Assembly (NCBI GenBank): GCA_051294905.1
Contig: CM119379.1
Span: 15,686,001 to 15,750,000, forward strand
DNA: 64,000 nucleotides
Direction of reading: 5' to 3'
Source: Botryllus schlosseri
Lineage: Eukaryota
Shown: positions 12,401 to 25,501 of the stretch, piece by piece
How the letters are laid out: every line of letters begins with the position of its first letter
Position numbering within the stretch: position 1 is the stretch's first letter
The notes under the pieces: generated by a model
Seen by the model: the letters and a program-made list of their open reading frames with translations, nothing else
Database searches by the model: none
What the model was told of the DNA's origin: nothing
Translations under genes and position numbers: made by a program

Positions 12401-15400
12401 GGATCATCTACTGTTTAAAAAACAAAATATTTTTTACACAATGTAATTTATTATCATCAAAAAGATGATACTTGATTTGCGCCTTGATTGAACGTGATGG
12501 GGATTCGGAGATGGGTGAAGGGCATTTGTAGAAGTGTTCTTGATTCGTGTTTGCAAAAATGTCTGGCAAGAAAAAGAGGAAATTTGCTTCATTAAACCAA
12601 ATGTCTATGTTGTTTTAAAATATAGAGCTGGATCTTGATCGAAAGATATTCCGCCACTGTTACGAATCCTTTTTAAACTGATCCGGGCAGAATGTGCTGA
12701 CTTGATAGAGCTCTTCCAATTCAGGGTTGTGACCAAGTCACACAAGGTTCCGATTCACAAGTCAATCTCACTTTTATAGTTTTCACTCGAGTCAAGTCCA
12801 GTCATTTTCGATTCACCATCGAGTCAAGTCACGGAGTAGAGTGTCGAGTCCGGGGCATAGTGTTTCGACTCGAGTCCGAGTCCGACTGTTCAGTTTCGAG
12901 TTGATGTGATGTGAAACCCACTTTTTACAACTCTGCTCGGTGATATCGAACGTTTCGTATTCATAATATACTAATCTTCCTCACTTTTTACAGTTTCTGG
13001 TAGTGATAGACGAAATGATAATACAATTGAATAGTATATTCATATTGAAATGAACCCGAATATTTTCGGCTGACACTCGTCACGGGTAATCGTCAGCAAC
13101 TAGTAGAGAATTGGAAAAAACATTGTATATCAACAATCGTATCACAAAATATGACGTCACCAGCATGAAATTTCGTGAATGAGAACTCCTTTTGTGGACA
13201 GAGTTTTGGTTGGTGCATTTTGATAAAACTCGACTCTAAGGCACACAAATGGAATTGTGAAGGGCGTCGCCCATGCTGGTGACGTAATATTTTGTGATAC
13301 GATTGTTGATATACAATGTTCTTTCCAATTCTCTACGAGTTGCTGACGATTACCCCTGACGAGTGTCAGCCGAAAATATTGGGGTTCATTTCAATATAAA
13401 TATACTATTCAAATGTATATTGAAGTTCTGTACCTCCAAGAAGCTTTTGAAATGATAATACTGTGATAACTTTGCCATTTTTCAAAATTACAATGAAATG
13501 CCTGTCTTGTTAGACCCTGCCTCGAGCCATGTGACTTGGTCATAGTCATGCGCAATGACTCAAGTACAAGTCGAATTGACTCGAGGCGAGTCTTGACTCG
13601 TGTCACTACAACCCTGTTCCAATTCAATGCCGCATATTCGCCAATCTAATCCTTCATTCAGGATCTTACGAAGGATGAGCTCAACTACTTCATACATTCA
13701 TTTCCGCAAGCCACAATGAAACAGATCCCTCTAAAGTTCAACTTGCCTCCAGAATCATCGGTAGTGTATGCTTCTTTTCGCATTGATCTAAATCGGCATT
13801 GTCTGTCGCCGGGCTTGTCTATTTCAGGCTGTTCGATATCCGATCTTGTTTGTATCGTGCTATCCGTAAATTTTGACTGCTTCTGATAGTATTTTAAAAA
13901 AAGGTTAGGTTATCTTGTAGTTAGGTTATCTTGTAGTTAACAAATTCACCTACTACACTACTGAATGATAAGCAAGTGTGTCCAAATCGGTCCTTGTTGC
14001 TACTCGAATAGAGTACATCGTAAAATTCTACTCAATTACAAGTAGATTTCAAATCTACTTTGAGTGGAAGTGGAAATTGAAAGGTCTGAAAGCTGCCCGA
14101 GTAGTTTGAGAAAGTAGATTTGGTGAAAAGGTCACATACTTTTAACGGTTTATCTGAGGTGGCTATTTTCAAAATTGCAAAAAAAAAAAACAGCTTTGCG
14201 ACTAAAGTAAAATGACTAACGACACTATCAATAGGTACGACCTCCCAAAATATATTCAGTTACAGCAGGAGTGGCCAACCCGTGGCCTGCGAGATAATTG
14301 TCAAAACTGATTGTATTATCAAAAAATGTATTGTCCGGGTAACTTATTGTGAACTTGCAAGGCCAACTGAAAATTTGATTATCGTGGCCACGAAATTTGG
14401 GATGTTGACGACTAAAATATTAGTTTTGGCCAGGGTTGTGACCAAGTCACGAGGTTCCGAGTCACAATTCAATCTCGCCTCTATAGTTTTGGCTCGAGTC
14501 ATGTCGAGTCATTTTCAATTCACCACCGAGTCAAGCCCGAATCCAAGTCGGCTGGTAGAGGGTCGAGTCCGAGTCACAGTGTTGTGACTCGAGTCCAAGT
14601 CATTACGTTCAGTTCTCAGTTCAATCAAGTTCCACCCAGTTTTTCAACTCTGCTCGAGTGATATAGAATGGCTCGCATTCGTAATATAGTAATTTTTCTC
14701 GGTGTTAACACACTCCAAATAGGCCTCGGGACTGATGACGAAATACCAATAATATGTTAACTTTGCTATTCTTCAAAGTTACAATGAAATGTCTGTCTTG
14801 GCCACCCTCGTCTCGAGTCATATGACTTGGTTTGAGTCAATCACAATGACAGTGCGCAAAAAATTCTACGCTCTTCACACGGTTTGTTGTCAGTTGATGA
14901 ATGATAGGCGCATGTTGACCGAAACCCTCGATATCGATATGTCCAGGTGCCAAATAGCCCCAAATAGTCCTTGCAAAGTAAGCCCAGCGGTATACAGAGG
15001 CTCTTCGCAATATATGCAAGTAACAATATTCATTTATTAACTTTGAAAACTTTTTGCCTTTCGCTCGACTAGGTCTTATATGCGCATTGGGTTTTCATGA
15101 CATAAATGTTATTGATTTTGAAGTGTAGTAAAATAATTCTTGTTTTCGCCGTCACCAAATCCTGTTCGCTCCTATCAGACGACTAAAAAAGTTCATTAGC
15201 ACTCAGGCGGTCCGCGACATGATTCGTAAGTTGCATGTGACTCTCTGGCCGAAAAGGTTGGCGGCCTCTGAGTTACAGTGAGGCAGGGGCTCTATTTGAT
15301 TCGAGTGAGAATCCTATTTTCTATGCGTCTTTCACAGGCTCTAGACCAGCGCCCAGTGCTGGATATTGAAATCACTTACATCGACGATAAAATGATGAAC

Positions 15401-18400
15401 CGTATTATGAAGGAATCAGTGCTGCTATCGTCGGCTGTTCTTAGCAACGTTTTGGGGGCCAGTCAAATAAACCAACCTCGTGGCCCATTCGGCATTCTGG
15501 ACAGTGTGTCAGCGTATTCAGTGAAGAATAACGCGATCGATACGTCTCTAAAGGCAGCGAACGCAGCTCTTGTTTCGGTCGCCGAAGCGAAGTGCAGAGT
15601 TGAGAGCATGGTGGCGATGGAAAAAATCGCGAAGTCTATCACGTGAGTCGTCCATGTCAGATAGGGAAGGAGTATTGACAGAATGAGAGATAGTCTAGCT
15701 CAGGGGTGGGCATGCGGCCCGCGAAAGCCTCAATAAACGTAGAAATATTGATAAAATGCATGAAAAATATCAAATTTCTGTGGGTACTTGATTCAACTTT
15801 TTCCTAATATATTTCAACATGATAATGATAAATGATATATTCTTACCATAGTATTTTTTTTAATTTTCGTGATGGCGCGATGGCCCGACCTCGCGGCCCA
15901 TGTATTTTGAAAGCTTTCCATTGCTAAACATCACAGAACGTGAATCGTAAATGACTTAATTCGGACCACAACAGTGATTTTAGATTGGAAACACGAGCAA
16001 ATTTAATACATATTTTGCTGTACTTGGATAAACCGATTTGCGAGTGTGTTAGATAGATTCTCTCTTTTTATGTGCAGAAGTATTTATATATATAATATTT
16101 ATATATTGTAGAAGCGTATTTAAAGGTAACGGGGCTATGATGCTGTCAGCATTTTGTGTCCTGAGGGTAAACCAAAAGTGCAAGCAGCAAATCTATGAAC
16201 AGATAGCTGCTCACAGACTCAAATTTACAATAGTTCTAAGAACCGGGACAGGGATATCTAGAGTTCTAGATATCTACTGAAAGCCTGCGACATCCTGCAT
16301 AGAATCTACTTTTTAAAATACTGGTACTCTTTACTTGGACACCTGTAACAGACCTTAAATTTTATACTTCTATGTGGAGCAGTTTTGCGTTTTGACAAGT
16401 CTTGGAAATCACTACTTCTACTTAAGTAGCAATGGTGACTAGTTTGACCGGGTCTACATAAACATCGGTCTCAAATCTCGAAGTATGGGCTCCTTTATTA
16501 GCATGCATTCACAATTTCTCACTCTTCACTTCGTTTAAACTACTTCCATTTCCGTGAGTGCGGGCCTCAAATATCAAAAGAATACACCAATATCGTGCAA
16601 ATGAATGAAAAATTGACATATTTTCAGGATTTCTTTCCAATTGAAGCTCCTCTTTGAACGGTTCACTCTGCTCCTCTACCTACATTTTCTCCCTGAAATA
16701 TTCAGCATTTCTTGTTTCCAAAAGCTTATTGCAGCTCTCAACTAAATTGGCTTGAAGGTACCGTAACCGATAGTGACTCCATCCCGACTCTGATATCACC
16801 AAGAATTCTATCAGCTCAGGTTCATCCTGGGGTCGTTGAAGAGGCTTTATCTGTTTAATTGTGGGAAGTGCAAGCGTAAAGTACCAGCAGCGTTAAATTC
16901 GAGAGCTAGCAGCGCCACAAAACTTGTCGGTTTTGCTTGACGATCGCAATATCCTTTGTCACCATTTCTGTATCTATAAATTTCAAAAGGCAGTTGACAT
17001 CAAATTTGTATGATAAAATTATATTGAGCAAAATCCACCCAAGTGCCATCTCACTCCTTCACTCAGCGGAAATCGATGCTAGCGCATTGAAACAGCAGGT
17101 ATACTGGTATAACGAGATTGCTGTACGACAAGAAGTCGAAAGGGTACATATGATGAATACTAATATAAACACAAAAGTCCGCTCCTAGCGCCACTGATTT
17201 TATTCGCTCAGCAGAACCTCACATCATGAAATAGCGTTTTACCTATATACGAAAGTACCGGTTCTCCGGTAGTTGGCGGGTGTTGCCTACAATTTGCAGG
17301 CTGCTCGACCGTGAAAATTGACACTTAAGTCTGGTGGTGCGATGACTTAACTTTGAGTGCCGATCCGAACGTATTTGAGTGTGAGTATACTTTTTGGCGT
17401 GAGTTGAGTAATGAAATCGTTGCTGAGCAGAGAATCGCTACTCGGCAGAGAAATTGGTCACGACCCTTAGTGTCCAAAGTTACCCTTAAGTGCAAAGTTA
17501 CCCCGGTTTACGGTAGTTAAATTACCTAATGTGTGCTCGTCACATTTTGTTAGGTAAAAACCATTCTTGGATTAGTTGAGTTGGATCCTTTTGTTGATGA
17601 AATCATCACCACATGATGTCGCTGTAGCGCCTGTATCAGTATAGAAACTATATTGGCTTGGATATCATTTTGTAATTCGGAAAGTAGCCAAAACCATCAC
17701 AGGATTGCCTCAAATTACATTTTGAACAAGCTGATTCTATTTTCTGTAGTTTCAGCATGATTCTTGAGGATTCTTGAATAACCGCCGTACAAATTGTATT
17801 CACTTTATTCATCACAGCAACGGGGAGGAGCCATCAGAAAGAGAAGAAGTCGTCCGCAAGGCTCTCTCAGAAATCGCACATGTACGCGACGAATACTCGT
17901 CGATTTATAAAAGAATGGGTAACCGGAAATCAACGGGTCAGCTCGCCAATTCGGCAAATGAATGGAAAGATAAAATTGAATTTGGTGCCACCCTGAACAA
18001 GTACGTATGTTTTAGTGAATTTGTAATATTTAGATGAGGGTAGGCTCGCAATTTCAGTCCAATTGTCCGTTTCAGGCTCAATTTCACACTGTCGTGTGCG
18101 ACATTTATGTACAATGCAGCGTAGAGTATATCCGAATACCTTGTGTTGAATGTAGGTCCAACACTGTGAACTGTGAACAATTGAACATGTTACTAAATAA
18201 TAACCAAGTATTTTTTATTATTTTAACTAAACTTTCAAGTTCTTCAACTGACCGCGAAATTGCCACTGATTTGCAGTTTTGTAGAATGCCCGGAACGTCA
18301 TCTGAAAATACCGGCCAAGACGTGACAAAATGAGTTTCTTTCAATGTGTCGACGCAGTTGATGATTTAAATTTCGTAAGAATATGAACTGAATAATGCAT

Positions 18401-21400
18401 GGAATCTCCTGACCAGTTGACTATTTTTGTAGAATTTATACAGTTCTGAAAAATCTTTTAGGAATCGAGTGAGACAATGTAAATAAATTGGTTGTTCCTG
18501 TCAACACTACGATGTTTACAGACTGATCCTGCAAGAGTTTACACAATTATTTTCACTGTTTACACTTGACTGATTTGGCACTATCGAAAAAACATTCAAG
18601 CGCCGTTTAACTCCAAGTTGAATTCAGTAAAAAAGCACTTGGCCGGCTCTTTGCGATGAGCTCCTCGATCAAAAACCAGATGCCGGCTGCCAAAGGCGTG
18701 TTCAGCGCCAGCCAGAAACGACCTTTCCTTCCCAATAAAGTGGAAAAGAAACTGCACCAGTATGAAAAGGTATGGAGATTACTCATAATGGTCGGTAACG
18801 AAAAACTTTTGCCTACTCAAGTTTTGTTTTTTACTTTCGCTTATACTTTAGAATTTTTTAGGCAAAACTATTCAAGTTTTAGACTTTAGAACTTGGTAAG
18901 TGGAAAGTAGTTTTGGGCTATGTCGCGATCATTCTTATGAAATCAAATTGACACAACGACTTGGCAAAATAGCCCCTGTATCCTGCTCGAGGTAACTGGA
19001 TACCAATCTGAATACCAATTTGTAGTGGCACTAGTCATTTTGGGTTTGTCGCAAAGATGCACGCATATTGCAAATACTTATTTGAGTACTTTTCAGAACT
19101 TCATAATTTACTTGCACTTAAAGTAGTTTTGATGTGTCTTGGAAAATTTAAGTGTAATTTACCTGCTTACATCTACTTAGTATCAATGATGACCACCTTT
19201 GAAATTACTTTACTCTTGTGACGTAGATATAACGGTATAGCAAAATGCACCTTTGCAGCCGTAGAAAATCGGTGTAGAGTAGAAAAAGGGTGGTTTATGA
19301 AGATCAGTATCTATGAATATCAGTACAGGTCGGCGTTGTGTGTGTTTAGATTTTAGCCGTTACGAAAGAGAAGAAGAGGAGAGAAAAAGCGAGGGCAAAA
19401 GAGCCAAAGAAACAATCTATCACCAAGTGAGAGCTAATATAACAGTCGCTGTTGTGTCTTTGTTCACATAGCAAAATAAGCCACCAAACAGAAAACTACG
19501 AGCACTTGTAAGCAACGTAAAGGGACCAATTAGTTAACACAAGAAATGATAATTAGACGTGATTATACTGACGTAATACACCACAGTTGCAAGTAGAAAA
19601 ATGAAAAAAGATGACGCATGTAAGCTTCAGATTATTCCTTAGATCAGCTCCGGTAGTTACAATGAAACTGCATTGCAGCAGTTCTGACAGAGTTAAAAAT
19701 TATACGAGCATACAATCGCAGGCAGGCACTGTAGGCTGATTCGCAGTGAAAGTTATTGATATTATTGATGAAGAGACTGAAAGAAATCATCTTGGTTCGA
19801 GCTGTGGGGAATTGGAGAAAGTCGTAGCAGTTGCAATGTTGAATGATTAGCCATTAGATCAATGGTTCCCAAACTTTTTCGGCTTGTGGCACACTTATGG
19901 CACACTCTCACACTTATGCCGAGGAAAGATGCTTTAAAATAGATCGATGTTTGACAAGATAGCGTAATGGTGAAGCGTCCGGCTTCTTGATCGGTATGTC
20001 ATGGGTTCGATCCCCGGCCGGGTCAGACCAAAGACCTGATTAGTAACACTGGTATCCATTATTTCCCTGCTTGACGCTCATGCATTACTGGGATAGCATG
20101 GAGGGGTGGTGCAAGACTTGGAAAGCCATAAAGGGCTATATCTGCACCATCCTTGTCCAGCGGCATATGCACATCATGCACTCATGATATGCATATGCAC
20201 ATATGATATGCAGATGCAGATGCACATGTCGTGTGTATGCATATCATGAGTCGGTGTGTATGCCACAAAAGCATCAAGGACAAAAATAAGCTACGTCCTT
20301 TCCTTTTTAGTATGTGAACAGAGCATATACAATAAAAAGGCTTAATTCTTCACAAACAAACGCATATTGTCATTAATTCCAAACAGTGTCTCTCGTTTAC
20401 AGCTTTTAATTTCACTCAAAAGAAGAAATGTCATGTTCATCTAGTCATGAAGATGCAAATTTTAACACAATTAGATTGTTTTGCACTGATCATGGAATAT
20501 GATTTGCTAGCAGATAGCTAAAACTCATCCAATTTCTTTTGAAGAATTAGCTTTGAATCTATTATGGGAATTTTGATAGATCTTCTAGCTGATCTTCTGC
20601 TGAAAGATTGCTTGACTTAATAGGATGCCGTAACTGATTTCATTGTCACTTGCGCTTATTTATTAGCTGTTGAAGAAGTAAACGCATCTTGAAGTCGCAT
20701 ATGCTAGTCTTCAGGCCCTTCTCAAAATATTTATACAGTTCTTTTCCAAAACTACAAAAATGTTCGCGCCACAGTTTGGGAATCACTGTATTAGATAGTG
20801 TGGTACTCCCTAATCGTATTTCCTATTGGTAAATTTAATGAATAAATCTTTACATGTTTGCCCACTTCATAGAAAATATTTTTCAATTAATTGGTGAAGT
20901 ATTATGACAGAAGGTTCAACTGTTTCAGCTATACTATTGACTGTGTTGAAATGGACAGCACCATCTAGTTGGGTTGTCAAATGTGTCATGAATGCAACAA
21001 TTCTTGTTATTATTGTGTAATTCTGATTTTAGTCAGTATGACTAGGAATGTGATGCCATATTTATACCTGTCTGTTACGTTGACATGTCGATTTTCTGAG
21101 AAAAATGAGAAATTCACCGGAGACCCCGAGAACAATTTGATGTCCTGCATTTTTTATATCGAATTTGCTATAGTAATCTTATTTCTTCAAGATGAGAGGT
21201 CAATAAAGATTGCTTATGCATCGGCAAAATTTGCCATTTTAACATTACCATGTAACGGTGAGTGCTTGCTCACAGTGCACTCGGATGTGATTTCATGCTT
21301 TCATTCCCACAAGTCATTTCAATCCATGTCAAATTGTAAATTTGATAATAATAAAGTTATTTGAACTGACTTATGGCTAATGACACTACAAATACCTGCA

Positions 21401-23426
21401 CTTGTTCGAAAATAAGTTCAGTCGTCGTCATATAGGGACTGTCCTACAAAAAGGTAGGTGGGGGATCAAGAAAGAGTATATGGAATTGTAAACGGAACAC
21501 ATATCAGAGATCGCAAGTCTTGCTCAATGATGCTCATGTTTTCAATTTCCAGGGTCTTCAAAACTCAGAATGTTCTTTTGTCGGAATCTTTACGCGATAA
21601 AAAGGTCGGCGCCAAAAGAGAGACCTTGTCCGAACTCGTCGTAAAATGCGGAGGAAGACCAGGTAAACTATAGTTGTACGACACATTAGATTCGGAGTAT
21701 CGTCAGCAGTGGAAATATGTCTCCGACGTTCTAACTGTAAAAGTACATATTTTCAAAGACAACCAATTCGCGGAGGTGGTCAAAGTGTCAGCGTTGCTAC
21801 TCAAATAGAATTAAAAGCAGCAATTTCCATGACATGGCAAAACTACTCAATTAGAAGTAGAAAATGAACATATGAAAAGTAGGCCTTCTCAAGTAAGTAG
21901 TTTCAAAGAGTAGACTCGGTCGATGGTTAGCATATTTTTTGCTGTCAATCGGAGGTGGCCATATCCACTTTCGTAAATGGAGGGCACATTTTTGCGACCA
22001 CCACAAAATGACCAATCTCACTACAAATCAGTGTTGGGATCAAGTCACTACCTCCAAGTCGTCTCGAATCGTTGCACATTTTGACTCGAGTTAAGTCAAT
22101 CGATTTTCGGAGGTGACTCGAGTCGAGTCACAATTCAAGTCGAATTGAATTTTCCAAGTACGATTGATGACGCAAAGTCATTTCATTTTGCTAGATGTGT
22201 GAAAGACAGATTGATCGGTCGTATATCTTGAATCAAATAATGAGTATACAGTTCAACATAAATGCAAAAAGACGTTGTATCACTCACCCACACGTAGAGC
22301 TGCTAAAAAAATACATATGCTAAAATAGATGATTGGTTACGAAGCGTGGAGAAGTTGAAACGAATTGATTTGGTACAATACACTTATAGCACTTGACCCA
22401 ACAACTGGTGTAGTAGCATTAGTGAAAGGATAATCACCACATACTGTATGCAGAGACAACTCTATTTGAGCATGGTTAGTCAATGTAGTCGGTAGAAGTA
22501 TATTATTGACCCCCTCTGCATGATGAATTATTCAAATTCATGTTATTCTTGGTACAGCTACTGTCACTGCTCCATATATCTCTCTTGCAGTTCCCAATGT
22601 AAACACAGTGCGGACGGATACTTTCCTTCTTTGTTCCGATAAAGATTTTAAACGCGACAGCATGCTCGTAAGAGATGCGAAGCGCGCCAAAGTAAGTTCA
22701 TTTCCAATATTTATTTATCTACACGCTATTAGAGTTTACAGTGTCAAATTTTCTGAATCATTGTGTCGATATGACGCTATAGATGTATATCATCATCGCA
22801 TGGGTTGGATTTGGAAACATAACATACATTTTCGTATATTGACTTACCAAATAAATATTTTCAAACTCTTGATCATCAAATGCACAATCATCGTAACAAA
22901 CTTATTCTCAATTTATGGCACTTGGTCTCATATCAAATCTAATAGAGGGGTGATATGCCACTCGGGATAACTGTCAAAGATCTGGTGGCTAGTTTCTGTA
23001 GTAAATTGACGTATTGGTAAAGTGCAATCTCGTGCTGTCTTATCTTACTGCAACTATTTATAATAAAGTATTCCGCTCAGAAATGCCCACTTTTTGTGAG
23101 AATACTTACAAATATCACAAGTAGAAGAATGATTCAACAATATAACTTTACAGAGTTTCAAACAAATCGTGACTCAGTATTTTCGCTATCTTGTGATTGG
23201 TGGGATGCTACCAGCTGATGATTGATCATATAAGTCTGTAGACGGAATCACTTTGTTACATCTGTGAATGCTCAAAATGAAGCTGATCCCGTACCAAATT
23301 CTCTGGCCAACGCTATATGAAATCTCCTTTCGATTTCAGATTCCAATTGTTCGAGAGCAATACATTCACGACTGCATCGCCAAAAAAGAGATGCTAGACC
23401 ACAAGTCATACTTGTTCGCTGCTTAA
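9453..23426 (+). CDS. VWA (MIDAS) / Vwaint-like / BRCT domain protein, paralog 1 (about 642 aa, 15 coding exons)
   Basis: Exons 9453-9551, 9692-9838, 9897-10013, 10083-10174, 10660-10846, 11728-11816, 11879-11972, 13662-13760, 15338-15642, 17818-18000, 18628-18769, 19350-19426, 21553-21662, 22591-22691, 23340-23426 splice in frame via GT-AG to a TAA. MIDAS motifs: LVIDVSSSM, RGGTNL, IFTDGE. BRCT-like tail: NVLLSESL...ELVVKCGGRP...DAKRAKIPIVREQYIHDC. The start codon and any upstream exons are uncertain. Confidence 0.88.
11184..11478. mobile_element. Palindromic Penelope-derived non-autonomous retroelement with hammerhead-like motifs, copy 1
   Basis: Inverted arms about 11185-11300 and 11325-11440, plus an unpaired 3' tail. 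Flanking direct repeat aatgtaagttt (11173-11183 and 11479-11489). CTGACGAG…CGAAA motif in each arm. Confidence 0.75.
12722..13616 (+). mobile_element. hAT MITE, GACTCGAGTC-repeat family
   Basis: TIR CAGGGTTGT/ACAACCCTG; perfect TSD ttccaatt; repeated ACTCGAGTC/TCAAGTC subterminal motifs. Confidence 0.88.
13025..13448. mobile_element. Palindromic Penelope-derived non-autonomous retroelement with hammerhead-like motifs, copy 2
   Basis: Arms of about 145 bp, spacer of about 105 bp, same 3' tail as copy 1. Flanking direct repeat gaaatgataatac (13012-13024 and 13449-13461). Inserted inside the hAT MITE 12722-13616. Confidence 0.75.
14266..15270. mobile_element. hAT MITE with a nested partial GACTCGAGTC-family copy (about 14430-14860)
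   Basis: Ends CAGGAGTGGCCAACC / GGTTGGCGGCCTCTG; perfect TSD agttacag. Confidence 0.75.
19860..20788. mobile_element. Buster/Charlie-type hAT derivative with decayed transposase and nested SINE
   Basis: TIR CAATGGTTCCCAAACT/AGTTTGGGAATCACTG; TSD cattagat/tattagat. Broken transposase-like text on the minus strand at about 20340-20720. Confidence 0.7.
19958..20307 (+). mobile_element. tRNA-derived SINE, family 1, second copy (nested in a hAT element)
   Basis: Colinear with 7344-7665 over its full length; A and B boxes intact. Confidence 0.85.
21000..21320 (-). pseudogene. Possible decayed LINE reverse-transcriptase fragment
   Basis: Broken minus-strand reading with an FAD-like motif (…KMANFADA*AIF…); weak. 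Confidence 0.3.
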
Positions 23427-24019
23427 AACGTTCAGTAATCGTAGACCAGACTTGCAGTTGTATGTTTTCGCAGTAAGATAAAAGGTCGATTATACTGAGT
23501 TACGAGTCGTTTGAAATTTCTGGGAGAGGGGTGGGTTGATCACACCATATGACTAATGTTAGGTTTGGTTTGTGTGTATGCTTTCCGAGTCATAGTCATG
23601 AATTGGGTAATTAAATTGAAGTAAGTTCTAACAAAATTGCTGGTGATATGATAGCTCGGCAGGTAACTAAGTAACCATATTGGAATGTCAGGTTTTCACT
23701 CACATAAAATTTTCCAGATTAATGATGTCCTACACTAGGCCTCAACTAAGTCAAACCTTGAACCCATTGACATACTGCACCGGTTAAGTAATTATCTTAA
23801 CTCTTTTCTCTACACAGAATATGAACCAGCACATTTATTAAATATAGCACTTGTATTTTATTAATGAAGCTTTAGATATGGGACACAATCCAGATATGCA
23901 TAACCAATGCATCACCAAATCAATGTTGAATTATGTAATCTGCTGTAAAGAGTTGCATTAAGATTCACATGCACATGATATGAAAATGTAAATTCCCACT
24001 GGAAAAGCACTTGACACAA

Positions 24020-24420
24020 TTTACCACTTCAGTTTTTCATAGACAATGTATGGATGGAGACGGTTGAAAAGAAATGGTTTGGAATCCGAGAAGGGCAATA
24101 TATATCTGACCACATAGCAATATTTAAGCATGATATATGAAGTCAATGAGCTAATGTCCGACCGTTTGTGATGTAAAGATCGAGTCATGTAGCTAGCTGA
24201 ATGAAGTAGATTGTTATAATTCTCAAGCGGAAGTGATGCCTTACAGCGCAAGCTTTGTGAGAGAGTTTTTTCATCCAACCGAAATACATAACAATCGGAC
24301 AGCAATAATGGTGGTACAGAAAATACGCATGCACAGTATTCGGTATCAGATAGGAATGATCAATACGACCTTGGTGGTCAACTAGTCTGATCGCACCTGC
24401 ATCAAGCAGGTACACTTGTC
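24020..24420 (-). pseudogene. Possible decayed LINE 3' fragment
   Basis: Fragmentary peptides (FNRLHPY, PNTVHAY) reminiscent of L2/CR1-group ORF2 C-termini; similar weak signal at about 26440-26700. Confidence 0.3.
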
Positions 24421-25501
24421 TCTACACAGTCTGGCTGTAACAAATGGTAGTTTAAAAAAGTAGGAAATTAAAAAAGAAATATAAAGACGGCAAATCAATG
24501 AAGGAATGTCTGGGTGAGGTAGGGCAACAGTGTTGGTATGACGGCAAGAGGTAATTAAGCAGCTCTTTTTTAAAATCAATTATAAGGTTATTCACGGATA
24601 GGATGTGGTAATGCATTCCAGATGATAGGTCCTGAGTAGTCGATATGACCTATAAAGGCCTTGTTACTCAATACTCATCACCTCCAAAGTTGGTAAAAGT
24701 TGGAATGTTGGCATCAAAAACCAGTGAGCCAGTAATGTTACTCTACACCTGTAGCAATGTGTGTTAGTAGACACGATTTATTACGTTGCTCAGCAAATCT
24801 CAGTTATTGGTGACCTCAGCAATGTAACGGTTCACTGCTGTTCGTTCAGCGACAAACATTTGAGATTGAGGAGAGAGCAGTCGAAAAAACAACCAGTGAA
24901 CCCAGGAAATGTTCTGCTACCAAGAAAAGGTACATTTCTTGTCTCTTAGAAATGAACCATTTTGTGGCGTTCCTCGAGTAGGCTATGTCTTCAGCTGATA
25001 TCGGTCCAGAGTAGTAATCAGTCCAGAGCAGTAGTTTTCAAATATTCTATCGACGGCAAAAAATTTGCCAAGCCAGACTCTGTATCTGATGACCCGCATC
25101 TTTGGCCGGATTCGGACATGTGTTTGGCGATTTCTTAATAAACACAAGTCACTTTTACATGATTTTCAGCAAGAGAATCATTCCCTTGAGTACTTTTGGC
25201 CTGCTTCTATAAGAGTGACATGCAAGAAAGTGTGTCCTAATTGAGCATGATGAGCAGATGCAATTGAAAACTAATGAAATTGATGATTTTATTGCCGTTG
25301 TTGAACACGTCCCAGTTTCAACACAACTCAAAGTCATTTTGAGTTCAAGAATGCATCACGTTTCCCAGAAGACTTCTAACCTCCTTAAAATCATTCACGC
25401 CCCCACTTTAACCACCGGTCTATACTGTGTACTTCTCATCACACATACTATCTATTGGGTATACGTTTTGCAGGCTTTCAGCGGGAAAGCGGCGTGAGTC
25501 C

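Noticed and set aside
16640-16900. Minus-strand reading RCWYFTL… reminiscent of CRESS-virus Rep motif I
   Set aside because: A stop lies immediately upstream and motifs II/III are not convincing.
25258-25497. 79-aa ORF just upstream of paralog 2, considered as an N-terminal extension
   Set aside because: Only a weak donor is available and there is no counterpart in paralog 1.
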